Assembly (NCBI GenBank): GCA_964016885.1
Contig: OZ024740.1
Location: 219,976,001-220,040,000 of the forward strand
Origin: Eledone cirrhosa
Taxonomy: Eukaryota
Length of the DNA: 64,000 bases
Direction of reading: 5' to 3'
Each line of letters starts with the position of its first letter. Position 1 is the stretch's first letter. Shown one piece after another: positions 11,942-26,189 of this stretch. The position numbers were made by a program, and so were the translations under genes. Below the pieces are notes generated by a model. That model searched no databases, was not told where the DNA came from, and saw nothing but the letters and a program-made list of their open reading frames with translations.

Positions 11942-13033
11942 ATGGAATGGTACATTGTTTAAATAGTTTTATAACAAGGAACGATGAAAGGTAAAATGCA
12001 AGCAATGAAAATATTTAGTTTAAAGCAAGTTTAAAGTTGAATGATCAAAACATTACAATAGAATACAATAGAATCACAACAAGGACAATGGTGAGAGAAA
12101 TACGAACAACAGTTAGACAACAGTTATACAACAGTTATACACACAACAAAATATTAACATAATGCAACAACATAAACAAGAAAGCAGAAATTACTAAATT
12201 AGAAATACTTACCATATACAAAAGATGTACTACCAAATACAGTACTATATCTACTACCAACTACTGTACTATATCAACTACCAAACTATGCAAATAACTA
12301 CTTAGGTTTTAACACTTATAATAGTTCATAAAAACACATTATTCATATTAATTCTATTAAAAGTTAATATCTAGGAACTATTTGAAATATATATAAAAAA
12401 TAAAAACCCTCCATGAAAATAATCTATGCTAAAGTATTTATACATTGAACCACACAAAGAGAGGGCAGCTCAAAGAGTTATAGTAATCGTGAAACTAATA
12501 AAATCTAATAAAAATATAAACTCGCATTCAATGATACAACATAAAATATTTTGTAATTATCAAAATAAACAAAAAATAATTATGAAGGAAACAAAGAAAA
12601 ATATATTCAACACTTTAAAAATAACTTTTATAGAGTGAACAATTTTATGCATGTCATGAATTTCATCTTTGAACAACATTACATTAAATAATGTGAAAGT
12701 ATCAGTTGAAAATATACAACTAAGCAAATAAGTAATTTTAAAATAAGTTTTAAATATCTCTTTAATTTTCTTGAACATCTTCCTTTATGATCAGATAGTT
12801 TTGTTACTGCCAATGTCCAGGGCCTATATGAGTCTAATTCAACCCACAAAGTCAAGGAGAGGTTAAAAAATATGTGATGCTTCTCCCCAACCTTAAATTT
12901 TAAAATAAACTCTCCAGTCCCCAAGCCCAGAAGCACACTTGTTTCACCTACTAAAATTTCCACAAATGCCCACCCAGCTAGGCAGCATGAAAACTTTCCT
13001 CAAAATATAAAACGTGTCAGCTAAGACCGAGAG

Positions 13034-13509
13034 CAGTGTTCCCCAAAGTGGCTTCCTCAAAACAATTCTGGGGTTCCACTAGATAAGCCATTTTTATATA
13101 ATTTAATAAAACATTTATTATGGTTTTTTTTACATATTAATAAATTCTCTCTCTAAAACAAATTTTGTTTCATTTAACCTTTTAGCATTCACCTTACTCT
13201 ATATATACTATTATATGTTCATGGTAAAGGCTTTACCTCACAATTATCTCACATAATATCGAATCTATGGGATTTTGAAAGTATTTATTTTGAGAACAAT
13301 ACCTTAACATCAGTTTGAGTGACTAGTTACAGCCAGTTTCAACAGAAAAAGGTAGAGAATTCTGGCTGGTTTTGACCAGTTTGAACATTAAAGAGTTAAT
13401 GTCTTACTAAAATCAAGGAGAGAGGGAGTGTCTGTAAAATATAGGTGTGGGTTCCATGATTTTCAGCAACCTGCATAAAGGTTACACATCAAAAGTTTCA
13501 AAACTACTA
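13034..13509. mobile_element. hAT-like MITE relic interrupted by a TTAA-flanked MITE
   Basis: Left end CAGTGTTCCCCAAAGTGG with ggggttcc motifs; degenerate right end aaaagtttcaaaactacta. Confidence 0.45.
13174..13399 (+). mobile_element. TTAA-flanked (piggyBac-like) MITE family 2
   Basis: TTAA-ccttttagcattca ... tgaacattaaagag-TTAA. A reverse-oriented copy of the same body is at about 26190-26380. Confidence 0.7.
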
Positions 13510-13672
13510 AACTAGATTTTTACATAGCCAACTCAATGATCAATGATATACTAGTTATCAAGTTGCCTTTCATGTTAGTTACATTGATGTAGGTTTTATT
13601 AAATGCTATATCAACCTTTCAGTATGCATATATATATATATATGATAGATAAGTATGTGTGTGTTTGTTGTG

Positions 13673-14000
13673 AAGGCACTTGGCTTAGTTGTTAGAGTGT
13701 TGGGCCTACAATTGTAAGGTTATGAGTTTGTTTCTGGACTTGGCGGTACATAGTGTCCTTGAGCAAGACACTTAGTTTCCCATTGCTCCAGTTCACTCAG
13801 CTGTAGAAATGAGTTGTGATGTCACTGGTGCTAAGCTGTATTGGTCTTTGCCTTTCCCTTGGTGAACATCAGAGAAGAGAAGGGTATGCATAGGTGACTG
13901 CTAGTATTTCACAGAAACACCTTGTCCAGATTTGTGCTTTGGAAAGGAACTTCTCAGCTACAAAATCCATGATCATTCATGACACCAAAGGGAAGGGGGT
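13673..14000 (+). mobile_element. SINE family B
   Basis: A-box tggcttagttg, B-box-like gagtttgtttct, core gtgtccttgagcaagacactt...gctccagttcactcagctgtagaaatgag. Confidence 0.75.
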
Positions 14001-14026
14001 TACCCTTTATATATATATATATACAT

Positions 14027-14061
<35 letters not shown>

Positions 14062-14150
14062 TATATCATCATCATCGTTTAACATACATCCATTTTCAAT
14101 GCTAGCATGGGTTACATATATATATATATATATATATACATACACATATT

Positions 14151-14182
<32 letters not shown>

Positions 14183-14714
14183 AGTATATATAAGCCTGTA
14201 GAGCAAATATTTATTACTAGTACAGATTACAAGTTTAAGCAATGGATTTCTACTTTCACCCTAAGTGGGATCATCAGAAACTCTGTACTAGTAATATACA
14301 CACACACACACACACAAGCTGAAACCGCTTGGCGCCATGGCCAGGATTTTAGATATCTCTTTCTATCTCTCTCTCTCTCTCTATATATATATCCTTTTAT
14401 CTTTCAATATCACTTTACAAATATTCACCTTTTTGCTCTGTTATTGTTTTCTAAAGGTCTTCTTGCCATTAAAGAAAAACAATATAAGATGTTGAAAAAA
14501 AAATGTTTTTTTTCCATCTGGTCAGTTTTCTTTTCTTTTTTTTTTATTTTCATGAAAGAACCATAAAGTTTACCAAATCCCTTGCAATGTTTATTCTACC
14601 AACTCTGTTGAGTTGAAAGCACAATTAACTTTGGAAGGAAAGATTTGAGCTTGATAAAAATTGATCCAGATACTAGTGAACTAGAAAAATTGATCCAGAA
14701 ACAAGTAAACTAGA

Positions 14715-14970
14715 CTACTGGTTAGAGTGTTGGGTTCATGATTGTAAAGTTGTGGCTTCAATTCTCAGACTGGGTAGTGCATTGTGTCCTTGAGCAAGGT
14801 GCCTTATTTCATTTTTATCCAGTCCACATTTTTAAAAAATGAGTGTCAGCAACAGCAGCTAGGGGTGAACTTTATAGCAGACAGATGTCCCATCCAACTC
14901 TCAGTTGCTTAATGTCACATAAAACCAAGATAAACTTTATCCTGATGAGCTTCTAGACTCAAGAAACATT
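14715..14970 (+). mobile_element. SINE family B
   Basis: ggttagagtgttgggttcatgattgtaaagttgtggcttcaattctcagactggg...gtgtccttgagcaagg. Confidence 0.7.
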
Positions 14971-16237
14971 AAATTTAAAATCTAATTTGAGACTTTACCT
15001 TTTTTATACTCAGATTACCTTTACCACTCTAAAATTTGTTTGAAATAATTCATCAGAGCCAGATTGTACACCAAGATTTTCATTATGAACGCAAAAACAA
15101 AATGTTTTAACAACATCCCAATACTTAAATAAATGTAATATTCTACTTCAAGCCAGACTATTAACATTTCTTATAGCCAGACTATTAACAATTTTTATTT
15201 CTTTCACATATATTTCTTTCATTATACCCTTTTTATATGAGGTCTTATATGAAAATATTTATATTTTATTTATCATTAAAATATTAATGATTTGAAAAAG
15301 TACGTTTTACAAAAGAAGTTGAAAAACAACAACAAAAATGAGTCCCCTAAAAGTTTTTGAGGTGAGCCAAAACACTGACTCCATTACTGTGTATGATAGT
15401 ATTCAAGCACTATACCAGCCAAGCACACTCACAAACATCACCAGATACTTCAATGAGACAAGTTGCCTACAATGAGAAAAATGTCAGTGACCAGTTTCTT
15501 CAGGAGTCATAAAACTGTCATATATTATTGCATTCTTTTGATCTATTTACTCCCTTTTATTCCTTTCAGTTATTGAACTCTGACCTAGTAAGATAATATC
15601 CATAAAATAAATCTGTAATTTTCCAATGATCAGTTTGGTTTAGTTAATTTAGTAGCTGTAGAGAGGTAATTAAGCAATCACCATTTAATATCTGCAGTAG
15701 TTTAGTTTTAAATACCTTCATTAGATTTCCTATAGTAGATAGGTAACTTTCAAATAAAATCATGTAACCTCAAGCTATGGTGTATGATTAGTAAAAGATT
15801 AAAGTGAAAGGTTCCAAAAATAAAAGACAAATGCAGAATAGAATAAAAGAAGGGAAAAAATCTAATGAAGCAAAAATTGCTAAGATACTATTTTGTTGTA
15901 TTTTTTTTATGAAGAGTTTTAGGTTTTTTGAAAAGAGAAACAAACCGCAGGATGGGAGAAGGAATCCGTGCTTTGTTAGAGTGCATATTCTACAAGCCAC
16001 CATAAATGTAGGAGAACTGATGATCATAGCAGTAATGGGGATGGCAGTGAGGGTGGTGATGATCAGGAAAGGACAAGGAGGAAAGCAGTAATGGAGATGA
16101 CAATGATGATGATGATGATGGTAATCATGGCAATGTTAGCAATGATGATGACAGCAAAGAGAGTGATGGCAAATATGATGATGATAACTACAGACATTAG
16201 TAGTATTAAAACTTGATGGCAGAAATGTTACAGTTAC

Positions 16238-16987
16238 CTGGTAAGGTCATCACTATGAGTGGCTAGATCCATTTCTTCTTCATTAGTCTCACTCAGTAAC
16301 AATGACTCTAAACTGGGAGCAGCTGTTAATGATATTTTTTGCCCAGTTTGTGGTGTTTTTTCAGCCTCTTGCGAATTTTCCATGTACTCAATTTGATTGC
16401 TAATACTGTTACGTTTCCTGTCACTAACTCTCTCATCAGCAATTTCAGAAGCGGTCTTCACTTCATCTTCAGTAACTGGTTGAGTTTTACAGCGTTCTCG
16501 CTTCTTTCTGTCAATGTAACGCTTCGCTCCACTAGCACACTTTTTGGATTTTTCTTCTAGTTTTTGAAAGATACAGGCTCTGGCAGCAACACTAAGATGA
16601 GTAATGTCATCATCTTCCATTTCAACATCAATTGCTAGGTTTTTCATACTATCAGAACCTTGAGAGTCTCTCTCAAAATCTGAACAAGATGAAACAATTC
16701 CAGAATCAGTTTTATAATCCCTAAGAGCTTGCATTGTAGACTTAAAGTTATCCAACCCGACAGTCTCTCCTTCAGGGATGTCCATTAGCTCAGCTGCTGT
16801 AACTGGCAGAGTTTTATACCTCTCTCTCTTTTTATCATTCTTTTTCTCAGGTACGTAAGGCTGTGGATATTCAGTTTTCTTCCCAGGAAACGTTTTACGC
16901 TGCTTTTCTTGCTCTTTCAATTGCTCAAAGATGTTAATAGATGACCGTTTCATCACCAACGCTCGGAAATTACTCACAGTTTCCAAA
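16238..16987 (-). CDS. SVIL: Supervillin-like gene, exon F (750 nt, phase 2 to 2)
   Basis: cttcttttacAG|T TTG GAA ... ACC AG|GTAACT; overlaps ORF 16234-16986. Motifs RYKTLPVT, LSVAARACIFQKLE and RCKTQPVTEDEVK resemble vertebrate supervillin N-terminal motifs (LSVAAKRLLF, RYQTQPVT, recalled from memory). Confidence 0.93.
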
Positions 16988-17333
16988 CTGTAAAAGAAGC
17001 ACTATCTGATCAGGATCTATTATAATACAAGATTCTAAACCCCAAGAGCTAGTGTATGTCTAGAGGATTTTCTAGAGTGTAATAAATGTTTGTTTGTTTT
17101 TTTAAACATAAAATTAAATTTATTTTCAATGTAAAAAAGTTATAGATAGATATTTAAAATATTTAAGCATGTAATTAAGTTTCAAAATAAAATATTATCA
17201 TGTTTAAACAAAATGTCATAAATAATGCCTTAAATATGTTGGGTTTTTTTTAGAATATATAGTCAAGTGAATTTTATAAGAATATATAAAGTAAGATATA
17301 TATAGATATATTATAAATTAATAATAATTGGTG

Positions 17334-17590
17334 AAGGGGAATTGCTTAGTGCTTAGATCATTGAGTTCATAATCATAAGGTTGTGAGTTCAAATCCCAGA
17401 CCAGGCAGTGCATTGTGTTCTTGAGCAAAGCACTTTATTTCAGCCATTGCCTTTCTATTGGACAACATCGGTGGCGTGGAGAGTGGAGACTGGCATGCAT
17501 GGACACCTGCTGGTCTTCCACAAACACACCTTGTCCAAGCTTGTGCCTCGAAGTGGAACTTTCCAGGTGCAAAACCCTGGTCATTTGTGA
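17334..17590 (+). mobile_element. SINE family B
   Basis: gcttagtgcttag...gagttcaaatcccagaccaggcagtgcattgtgttcttgagcaaagcacttt; its 3' part matches 13850-13980. Confidence 0.75.
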
Positions 17591-19998
17591 CTGATATATT
17601 AATAGATATATTAACTTTGCTTATAAGTTCATATAATAACAAATCACTTATGAAATAATAATTATAGTGAGCATCAGTGTGGGTGTGTGTGTGCAGTTCG
17701 ATGTAAATTTTGTTTAACAATTACAATTTTCAAAATGTAAATTTGAAAATTAATGCCTATTATAATGATTAGTTAATGTAAAGCTGGATTCAATAAATTA
17801 ATGGATTCAAATATAATCTATAATTTTAAATTTTAATAAAGTTAGATTTAGTACACATAGTGTCTCAGATGAAAATACAACTCTCTCTTATTTATATATA
17901 AAAAAAGTATTTCTTTATATATCAATACTTGTTTGGTCATTTCTATTCTAGTAGAATGCCACCTAGATACAGGTTAAGGCTTGTTTGATCTACCTTGGTT
18001 GGGTTACCTGTATGAAGGTGTATGTTGTAACACCTGACACACCCAATTACTCCAGCATATAACATTAATGATGTCCAAATATTTGTATCCATAGATGTAA
18101 GAAGATCTATTAAAACAACCCCTCTCAGACTCTGTTCATATAATCATACATATTGTTTGTTTTCTCAACTATAAAAGAAGCCTCAAAACCTTTTAATCAG
18201 CAATAAACTGCTAACACCTCAAATGGTTTCACAAATCTTTTTCTTCAAATATCCATCATCATCATCGTTTTTTTTTTGTTTTTTTTTTTCTTGCTTACAC
18301 AGATTGAATGAGATCTTTTGTGGAAAGTTTACAGTCAGATGCCCTTTCTGATGCCAATCTGAATGTTATTCTAGATATGATATATGCTACCAACATTTGG
18401 TGAACTGCTAAACTGTCGGACATATTGTTTATGGGGGACAGTAACAACTGTTACAGCAGGCTTTATAAATGGTGTCAATATGACATTTATGGAAACTGGA
18501 ATACACTTACATTCTAAAAAAATGGTACAATTAATGCAAGTGATTTGTAGATGATTATTTTAAAATAACAGGGAGAAATAATTCATATAAAATTTATTAT
18601 ATGATGCACAGGCATAGCTGTGTGGATAAAAATTCTGATTCGAAAAAACCATGTGATTTGGGGTTCAATCCCACAGTACAGCATTTTGAGTAAATGTCTT
18701 CTACTATAGCTTCGGGATGAACAGAAGCTGTAAAGAAAGCATTTGCTTGTGTCCTGCATAAATAATACATCCCACAGCTTACAATTAGATTAAGGATTTC
18801 AGTTTATACCATACTTAAAGTCTGTTTTTAGTGTCAGGAAGAATATCTGACAGTAGGCAAAAACTACCTAAAAATTCTCATCAAACCCATTCCAGCAAGA
18901 AAACACAAATGCAAAAATGATAACGATGATATCATTTTTGTAAAAAAAATTTGCATTTAACCTTGTTTTGTTAATTTTCCTTTAAATTCTCAATTTATAA
19001 CATAAATTTACTTATGTCTTATTCAAAAGATTTGTGATAATAGAGTACTGATTACCAGAACTGATTATATTTAATAAAATTACTTATAACTATCTCTTAC
19101 AAAATTACTTATAACTATCTCTTGTTTTCTTCAATATATAAATGAACAAAATAACTCAAATTAAAAGCATCAAAATAAACATGAAAAAAAGTAAAAGCAG
19201 AACAAAACTAAATAAATATGAACTGTAAGAAAGAATAAATAAGATTTTATAATATACAATAAGAAACATCCTGAAATAAAACAACTCTATTCCCACACCT
19301 GTAAACAAGTGTTTATTGTTGCTTTCTCAAATGATATCAATTATTTAGTCTGTATCATTTAGATTACTTTTACAAAATTAACTTTTTTTTTAAATTAATA
19401 AATTAGAAAAAAAATCAATGTTATTGAGAAAAGCAATGTTAGCTCGTCCATCAATTATAAGCAGTCTTCAGTTGCTTTGATCAACTGAATGGCCAACTCA
19501 AGCTGAATCAGTATGTCAAAATATGTGACAAGGCTGGTGGTCTTTTGAATTACAAATACAATCCATCTGAATGGCATCCAAACAGTTTTCATCAACTCAA
19601 TTTCACTCACAATGCTTGGGTTAACCTGAGGATATAGTAAAGACTCTTGCCCAAGATATCTGATATTAGGATCAAACCCAGGACTTTGTGATGGTAAAGT
19701 GAACTTCTTAATCACTCAGTCATGCCTACATCCACAATCAATAAAATATTGTTGATAAACAAATATAATTCCTTCCAATTAAAATATCTAGAAAACATCA
19801 CAAAATAGTTTAAATTGTTTATTTAGAAATATTCTTACCGAGTGCAGTAAATTTAACATTTTTTTATCATTACTCTCAATATAAAAACTAAATTTATAAC
19901 ACAAAAGGATGCTTGAAAATATACAATATATGTTTACCTACAACATCAAAGGTGACAAATTTCATGCTTAGAAATATTTTCTATATAACTATACTCAC

Positions 19999-20196
19999 CT
20001 ATCAGCTTGTTTTACTTCTTCTTGTGTAACAGGTTGTGTCCTGGACCGCCAGTCATCTCGACCACGTTGATATCTTTTTCTTCTTTCCTCATAAGCTTCT
20101 TTACTATGAGCCAAATGACTTAATTTACTAAAAAGTTCTTCAGTTAATGTAGACTTCTGAGAGTCTTCATTGAAAGTTCTAGTAACAGATCCTAAC
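19999..20196 (-). CDS. SVIL: Supervillin-like gene, exon E (198 nt, phase 2 to 2); not in the ORF track
   Basis: gaatttcAG|GTTAGGA ... GATAG|GTGAGT. Encodes LGSVTRTFNEDSQKSTLTEELFSKLSHLAHSKEAYEERRKRYQRGRDDWRSRTQPVTQEEVKQAD, with the supervillin-type RxxTQPVTxEEV motif. Confidence 0.92.
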
Positions 20197-23100
20197 CTGA
20201 AATTCAGAATAAGTCAGAAAATTTTGTTGAAAGTGTACATGAATGAGATTGTAACAGACAGCTCTAAATGAAAGGAAAATAGGTTAGTTCTCTATAACCA
20301 GCATTACAAAACAGATATTTAAATAGCAACAGAGTCAAGATGGCAATGATAATTAGGTAGAAGCAAACGATTAAAAAAACAAACATAAAAAGAATCTAAG
20401 ATCAACAGAAATACTTCTAACACTTACAAAACTATAACACAAAAATGATAATAATAATGAGGATTGTTTTTCTTTAGAAATAGAACAATTATTGTCTTAT
20501 TAAGTTCTATCAACGATTGAGAGCCCTAAATTCTTCCTTCTAAAATGTTTGAAATAAAAAATATCTAATAATTTTTAATGAGAAGATGCCAAAATGTTTC
20601 GAAAGAAATTCAACCTGAAAGTCAACCTCATAGACCAAGGGATCAAAAGATGCTGAGTTTAGTAGTTACAGAGAAAATACATCAAGCAGAAAAAAGTGTT
20701 CCAGAGAGTTGAGATTCTGGGAAGAACTGAGGAAAGATTCTAATTTAATGCCAGAAGAAATTGAAGCTGTTAGTAAAGATGGGAGGAAAGGGAAATACAT
20801 AAAGTGGGTCAATTTACCGAAACTGAAAGAAACATAGGTCCCTGTAGCAAAAGTAGAGATATTTATGGGTTGAGTTTTGATGAGAGCTCCATCAGAAAAT
20901 ACTACAATTAACCCTGTTCTTATTATATTTATAATGAAAGCCACTGGTTGTGATTTTCAAATAATTTTGAAACTAATCAAACTATCATGGAAAGGTTTTA
21001 GATAAATATAAACACTTTAGAACAAACTGTTTTATATTGTAGAATCAGGGACTGTATCAAGTGGTTTGGTATCAGAAGGTTTAAGCACAACATATAAGGG
21101 TCCTTTTAATCCAGGTGGTTAGTATAAAGTGGAAGCTGCAGATGGGCAACTTTGCCATAAAATTCTAATGGCACATAGGGAGACAACTTGGACTATCAAT
21201 TTACATGTTGTGAGTTCAAACCTACAGCAGACATGTTATTATTTCTAGTTAGAGCACTTCTTTGTTCTTATATTAAGTATTAATCTTCACATGTTGAACA
21301 GCAAGCTGCAAAACATTGTTTATGTAGGACATAAACAAATTACCTCAGTTGCATAAGTGGTGTCAATATGAAGAGATGGCACAGTCACACACACATATGA
21401 TGGACTTCCTCTACCTATTTCACTTTCAAGGCATTGGTCAGTGGAATCGAACTCAAAACCACGCAGTTGTGAAGAAAATTTCTAAACCACAGCCATGTCT
21501 ACCTATAATATTCTTATAAAATCCCTTATATGCTCCTTCTTATTCCCTCTCAGGAATAAGAAGACAGAGGAGGAGGAGAAGAAGAAGAAGCAGCAGCAGG
21601 AGCTACCTAACTCTTTCGTTACCATATTTCACTGCCTATGGATTTTAGTTAATTTTGAAAATAATCGAATATTTGGAGGAATTTAATCAAATAATTTTTT
21701 CAATTAGAAGCTGAAATTTGGAACTTAACAAACATTCCTTAACTAAAATTATTATGGAAAGATTTAATATAAGTATAAACATTTTTAAATTAGCAGTTTT
21801 GTATCATAAATGCTGGACAGTTTCACACGATTAGTTATTAAAAGTGTTAACTCTTACTGGGCTTAAAATAACTTCCAAGTCTCACTAGTTAACCAACTGA
21901 AAATTGTAGATTATCTCCCCTGTATTTAATAGCACATCTATACTTTATTTTTTTATTTTTAAGGGAGGATACTTGTATAAAATAAGCTGTGATCTATCGA
22001 AATATTTTATGATAATGGAGGAAAATATGAATGAGCAAATTTTTCATAGTCTGATTCATGGAATGACAAGTGATGGGCAAAAGATATTGCAAAATTAATA
22101 TTAATATAAAACTAATATTGATAAATATAAATACTGAAAATAATTTTGCAATGTAGAAAATAATTTGTTTTAAGAAGGCTAAAACAATGCAAAATGGACT
22201 GTAAAATTTAGTTTAAATTAAGGAGGAAACGAAGACTTTTGTGTGTTACCTGGTATTTATTTTATTTTTTTATCCTAATATTTTGAGACTTAAAAACCCC
22301 CTCTTCAAAGTGTAGGGGAACTCTCAGAGCAAAAGGTTCTGGTCTTATCACTTTGATATTTGTTCTAAATTTAAAATTCAAAAATTACTTTCTTGAAAGT
22401 AATTTTTGTCATTATTATCTGGTGTTTGGATCATAACTTAACATAGGTGCTTACATAAAATTATGTTTGTAAGGTTTTTGAGAAAAAATAAATACTTTAA
22501 AATAAACAGCATAATATTATAAAACCAGGGGTGGTTTCAGGCAGTTTGGTATTAAAAGGGTTAGTGCCTTGTTTATATTCTTTATAGACCAAGTCAGTAC
22601 TGAAGTGACACCACTGACTTCCCAGATAGGCTGAGGAAATCTGTGTCCCGCCTACCTATGTCATTATTGAACGCAGAGGAAAAGTTGTCATGTCTTTTAA
22701 TGCAGTGTGAAGGATCCTCCTAACAACTTGTTTGGCAAGCTTTCTATGGCTGGATGCCCTTCATATCACCAACCCCTTTGCAGAGAGAATGAAAGAATGA
22801 GTTTGTTGGATGAAGGGATGAGGAAGATATTAGATGGCCTGCTTACAAATAGATCATGATTTGAAAGCATTATTCTTTTACTGATAGCACTTGCTTCAAG
22901 TGCTTAGTCAATAATATTGACCCCCTACCCACTTTATTTATTTTATGTCTTATTATATCAAACTATTCATCAAACTTAAGTTACACAACATAAAGAAACC
23001 ACACCCAGCTACTAAGCAGTACAGATGGAAACACAGACATGGACAGGCACACAAATATGCCACAAGAAAATGGACCTAGTACATTTAACAAAATGGCTAG

Positions 23101-23699
23101 TGGTAGGAAGGGCATCCATGCATAGAAACTATGCCAAAATATGGAACACATGAGCAAGATCAAGGTTCTACAACCCATCTAGTCTCAGACTAGCATGGAA
23201 AGCAGATGTATGATGATACAATGGGTTTCTGCACAGTTTCATCTACCAAATTTCCCCCACATGGCATTGGTCGACTCAAGGATATAGCAGAGGTCATTTG
23301 TATGACTGAGCCCAAAACCACATGGTTGAAAAGCCAATTTTTAGCCACACAGCCATGCAACTCAATAATTAGTACCATGTTTTCTGAATAGAGGTAAACG
23401 AGTTGTTCATTTAGGAATAGATACCTTTGGCCAAGAAAAATCAAACAATTGATTACAAAATAGTGTTTTATTTGATGGTTACCACAATGAATTGAAGAGT
23501 AAATATCAAAATATGATGATAACAATGATGTCGGGATGTTCTTTATAGGTCCTTATATTTTGGGATAAAATCCTTTCATCAAAAGATTAAAAGCAGAAAC
23601 TAGTTCAGATCTGTATTTATTTTTTTTTTGTTACTCTTAAGGTGCCATTTTTTTTTTAAATTTGAAAGTGGTGTTCTTTTTTTTTCTTTTGGTATGGAA

Positions 23700-24000
23700 A
23701 TGGTGAATGGATCATGGTATCTAAGCTATATTCTGATCTAAGCTACATTTTAAAAATGGAATGAAGTGTGGTATTGTGTCTATGTTAGCCATTGGGTGTT
23801 GAGTTCTGGTCAGTTGTGGATTTAGGGTTTCAGTTTGGCTATTAGTATAGATTCTAAACATTAACACCAGTATGTAAGATAAATATTTATCCTTTTGTTT
23901 TGTATGACAGAGTTTGTTTATTAATATTTACCAACTATAATTCATATGAAATATGTGTTTCATCTAGAGAGACATTATTGTAGATTTTAATGTTGTGAAC
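23700..24000 (-). mobile_element. Possible degraded Penelope-like RT fragment
   Basis: Minus-strand peptides RIYTNSQTETLNPQL and IKIYNNVSLDENT loosely resemble PLE RT motifs (RxYGxPKxHK, SLYTNVPLxE). Confidence 0.25.
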
Positions 24001-24114
24001 CCACCAACCTGCTATTTCAGCCCTAACAATGTTTGATTATATCTTACCATCCTGGTATTGCATTCTGCCACACACTTCCATTTAGTATCATTATTTACAC
24101 CACTTTCACCAATA

Positions 24115-24308
24115 GGGCGGTGAATTGGCAGTATCGGTAGAGGGTCGGATGCCATGCTTTGACGCATAGAGTCATGGCCCTTGCCATTCTGAGTTCAAAT
24201 CCCGCCGAGGTTAACTTTGCCTTTCATCCTTACGGGGGTCGATAAAATAAAGTACCAGTAATACACTGAGTAATTGCTGGCCTTGTGCCAATAGTAGAAA
24301 CAATTATT
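24115..24308 (+). mobile_element. Young full-length SINE family A with an 18-bp target-site duplication
   Basis: A-box TGGCAGTATCGG, B-box GAGTTCAAATCC, core GCCTTTCATCCTTACGGGGGTCGATAAAATAAAGTACCAG (resembles the Deu/Nin SINE core, from memory). TSD attatttacaccactttc at 24090-24107 and 24303-24320. Confidence 0.92.
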
Positions 24309-24632
24309 TACACCACTTTCTGTATGGATCAGTGCTGGTTTAAAATTGTTGATTTAACTTGAATACTTGAATTTTTGTCAAATTTAACTTGAATTTAACT
24401 GGAATTCTTGAATTTTTGTCAAATTCATATATATATGTCTTTTTTCAGCTATAATTAATGGATATAATTTTGCAGTGATTTTTGTACAGAGACCTAGGGT
24501 TTGAGATCACATACATGTCAGAGTGTCAAGGTTTAAAGGGTTAATACAACCCATTCTAGCTTTCTAAATAGAAATAAGGATGAATGGAACTCCTGTCATG
24601 CATTATTCTTGCCATTTAATCCCAATTAAAAC

Positions 24633-24854
24633 TTAACCCTTTTGATACCAAACTGTCTGAAACCAACCTAGGCTTTATGATACAAAGCTGTTTATTTTAA
24701 CATGTTTATATTTATTTAAAAACCTTCCATCATAATTCTATGCAAGGACCTTTATTAAGTTACACTCCAAACATGAACTTAATAATGAGAAAAGTAGCTA
24801 TATTACTAAACCCCTCCAAATTTTTTATTAGAAATATGGTAACAAAAGGGTTAA
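24633..24854 (+). mobile_element. TTAA-flanked (piggyBac-like) MITE family 1, complete copy
   Basis: TTAA-cccttttgatacca ... tggtaacaaaaggg-TTAA (13 of 14 TIR bases match). Related partial copies at about 20960-21085(-), 21640-21850(-), 22380-22563(-), 45131-45335(+) and 59332-59510(+). Confidence 0.8.
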
Positions 24855-25439
24855 CATAAAAAAAAGCTAGGTTTTGCGTGACTTCTATGCAATATCAAGT
24901 ATGAAAGTAAGCTACTAGAATTTCCAAATACATTCTTTCAAATCTCATTTGAATTTGTTACTGGTTCTGCCTTCTGTCATTGCTCTCTCGTGTATTCACA
25001 CTTTTAGACACATTGCTTTGAATAGGCAGAGGCAACATTCGGTAGTAAGAATCCATTAGTCTTGCAAATTTCAAAGTAAACTCTTTATCTTGATGCCACA
25101 ATAAAATACACTGTATAATCTGTAAAGAAGTGGTAATTGAACAAAGACAATGTAGGGTTGAGAGGGGCCTTTAGTCCTACTGAGGATGTAATTATCTCTT
25201 CAGTGTTGGTGCCATGATAAAATGCACCCAAGGTGGTTGGCATTAGAAAAAAATATACAGCCATAGAAACCAAGCCAAAAATAGAATATAAGAGTGAGAT
25301 GCTGTTCTCTGACCCATCTAGTCTCAAATTGTGGTGACCTTTCTGATCAATTCTAGCATGGAAACATATGTAAAATAATGGTGTAGTAGATTTACAAGAA
25401 ACAAACTCGATTTCTTGAGGTTACTACCTTTGGCTAGTT

Positions 25440-26140
25440 TCTTCTGGTCTAAAGACATCCACATTGTCTGCACATGACACAACATCCAAAGGTTGTAGAC
25501 ATGGTGTAAAACTACCTGCTATCCTGGCTTGGGCTGTGTTCAGCAACTTGACCATCTCTTTCATCTTTTCTGCATGTGGAGCAGTTTCTTTTTAGGAAGC
25601 CAGTTATTCTATACTTGGTTTAACCACAGTATAATCCTCTCTTTGTCTATCTAGCCCTTGGAAAGACAGTCAACCAATCCTTTCTTTTTAAATATCACCA
25701 TCAACTTAAGCTCAGTCCCATCAACTATAAACATAAATACCACAGTAAAATATGTCCTACCATGTCTTGTGGTCCTCACATTGAATAGCCTTTCTTCCTT
25801 TAATGTCAACTGCACAGTTTCCCAAGAGGGAATAAATATGAGTTTGAACCATATTTCTAATCTTTCCAAGTACAAGATGATGCTGCCTTCTTTACTTCAA
25901 AAGTGTGAAATTAATTTAACTTATCTTTTTATCACATGATAGTTTCTAGGTCACCTTGGTTTTCTGTCAAAAACTGAGCCCATTTCCCAACAATGTGTTC
26001 ATTCAATGGAGGCTTTAAATAATGGATTTTTAAAATCTTGGTAACCTTTGATCTTATGTGTCACACAGTTACAATACAACTGCCATTCCTTTTTGGTCAA
26101 TGACCCAATTTAACAGTTTGTCTCTGGATATACAGTTTAA
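25440..26140 (-). mobile_element. Degraded pogo/Tigger-family DDE transposase
   Basis: Collinear broken motifs: FKASIE*..GNGLSF*QKTKVT*KL (CENP-B-type HTH end), VRTTRHGRTYFTVVFMFIVDGTELKLMVIFKK and RIAGSFTPCLQPLDV (DDE_1 domain). Contains stops and frameshifts. Confidence 0.85.
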
Positions 26141-26189
26141 TTACGTCTACATGTCATTTTTCTCTTTGTCATTCCTAATTAGGCTTATT

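Noticed and set aside
14938-14972. CTGATGA...GAAAC hammerhead-like string
   Set aside because: It is the 3' end of SINE family B. There is no convincing stem I/III or GUH triplet, and the homologous tail at about 57900 lacks the core.
15788-16190. Short ORFs and a (GAT)-rich tract just downstream of exon F
   Set aside because: Low-complexity intronic sequence with a degenerate (GAT)n repeat; no splice support.
20666-20944. 92-aa ORF or possible retroelement peptide
   Set aside because: No splice sites in phase with the gene and only vague motif similarity; cannot be assigned.
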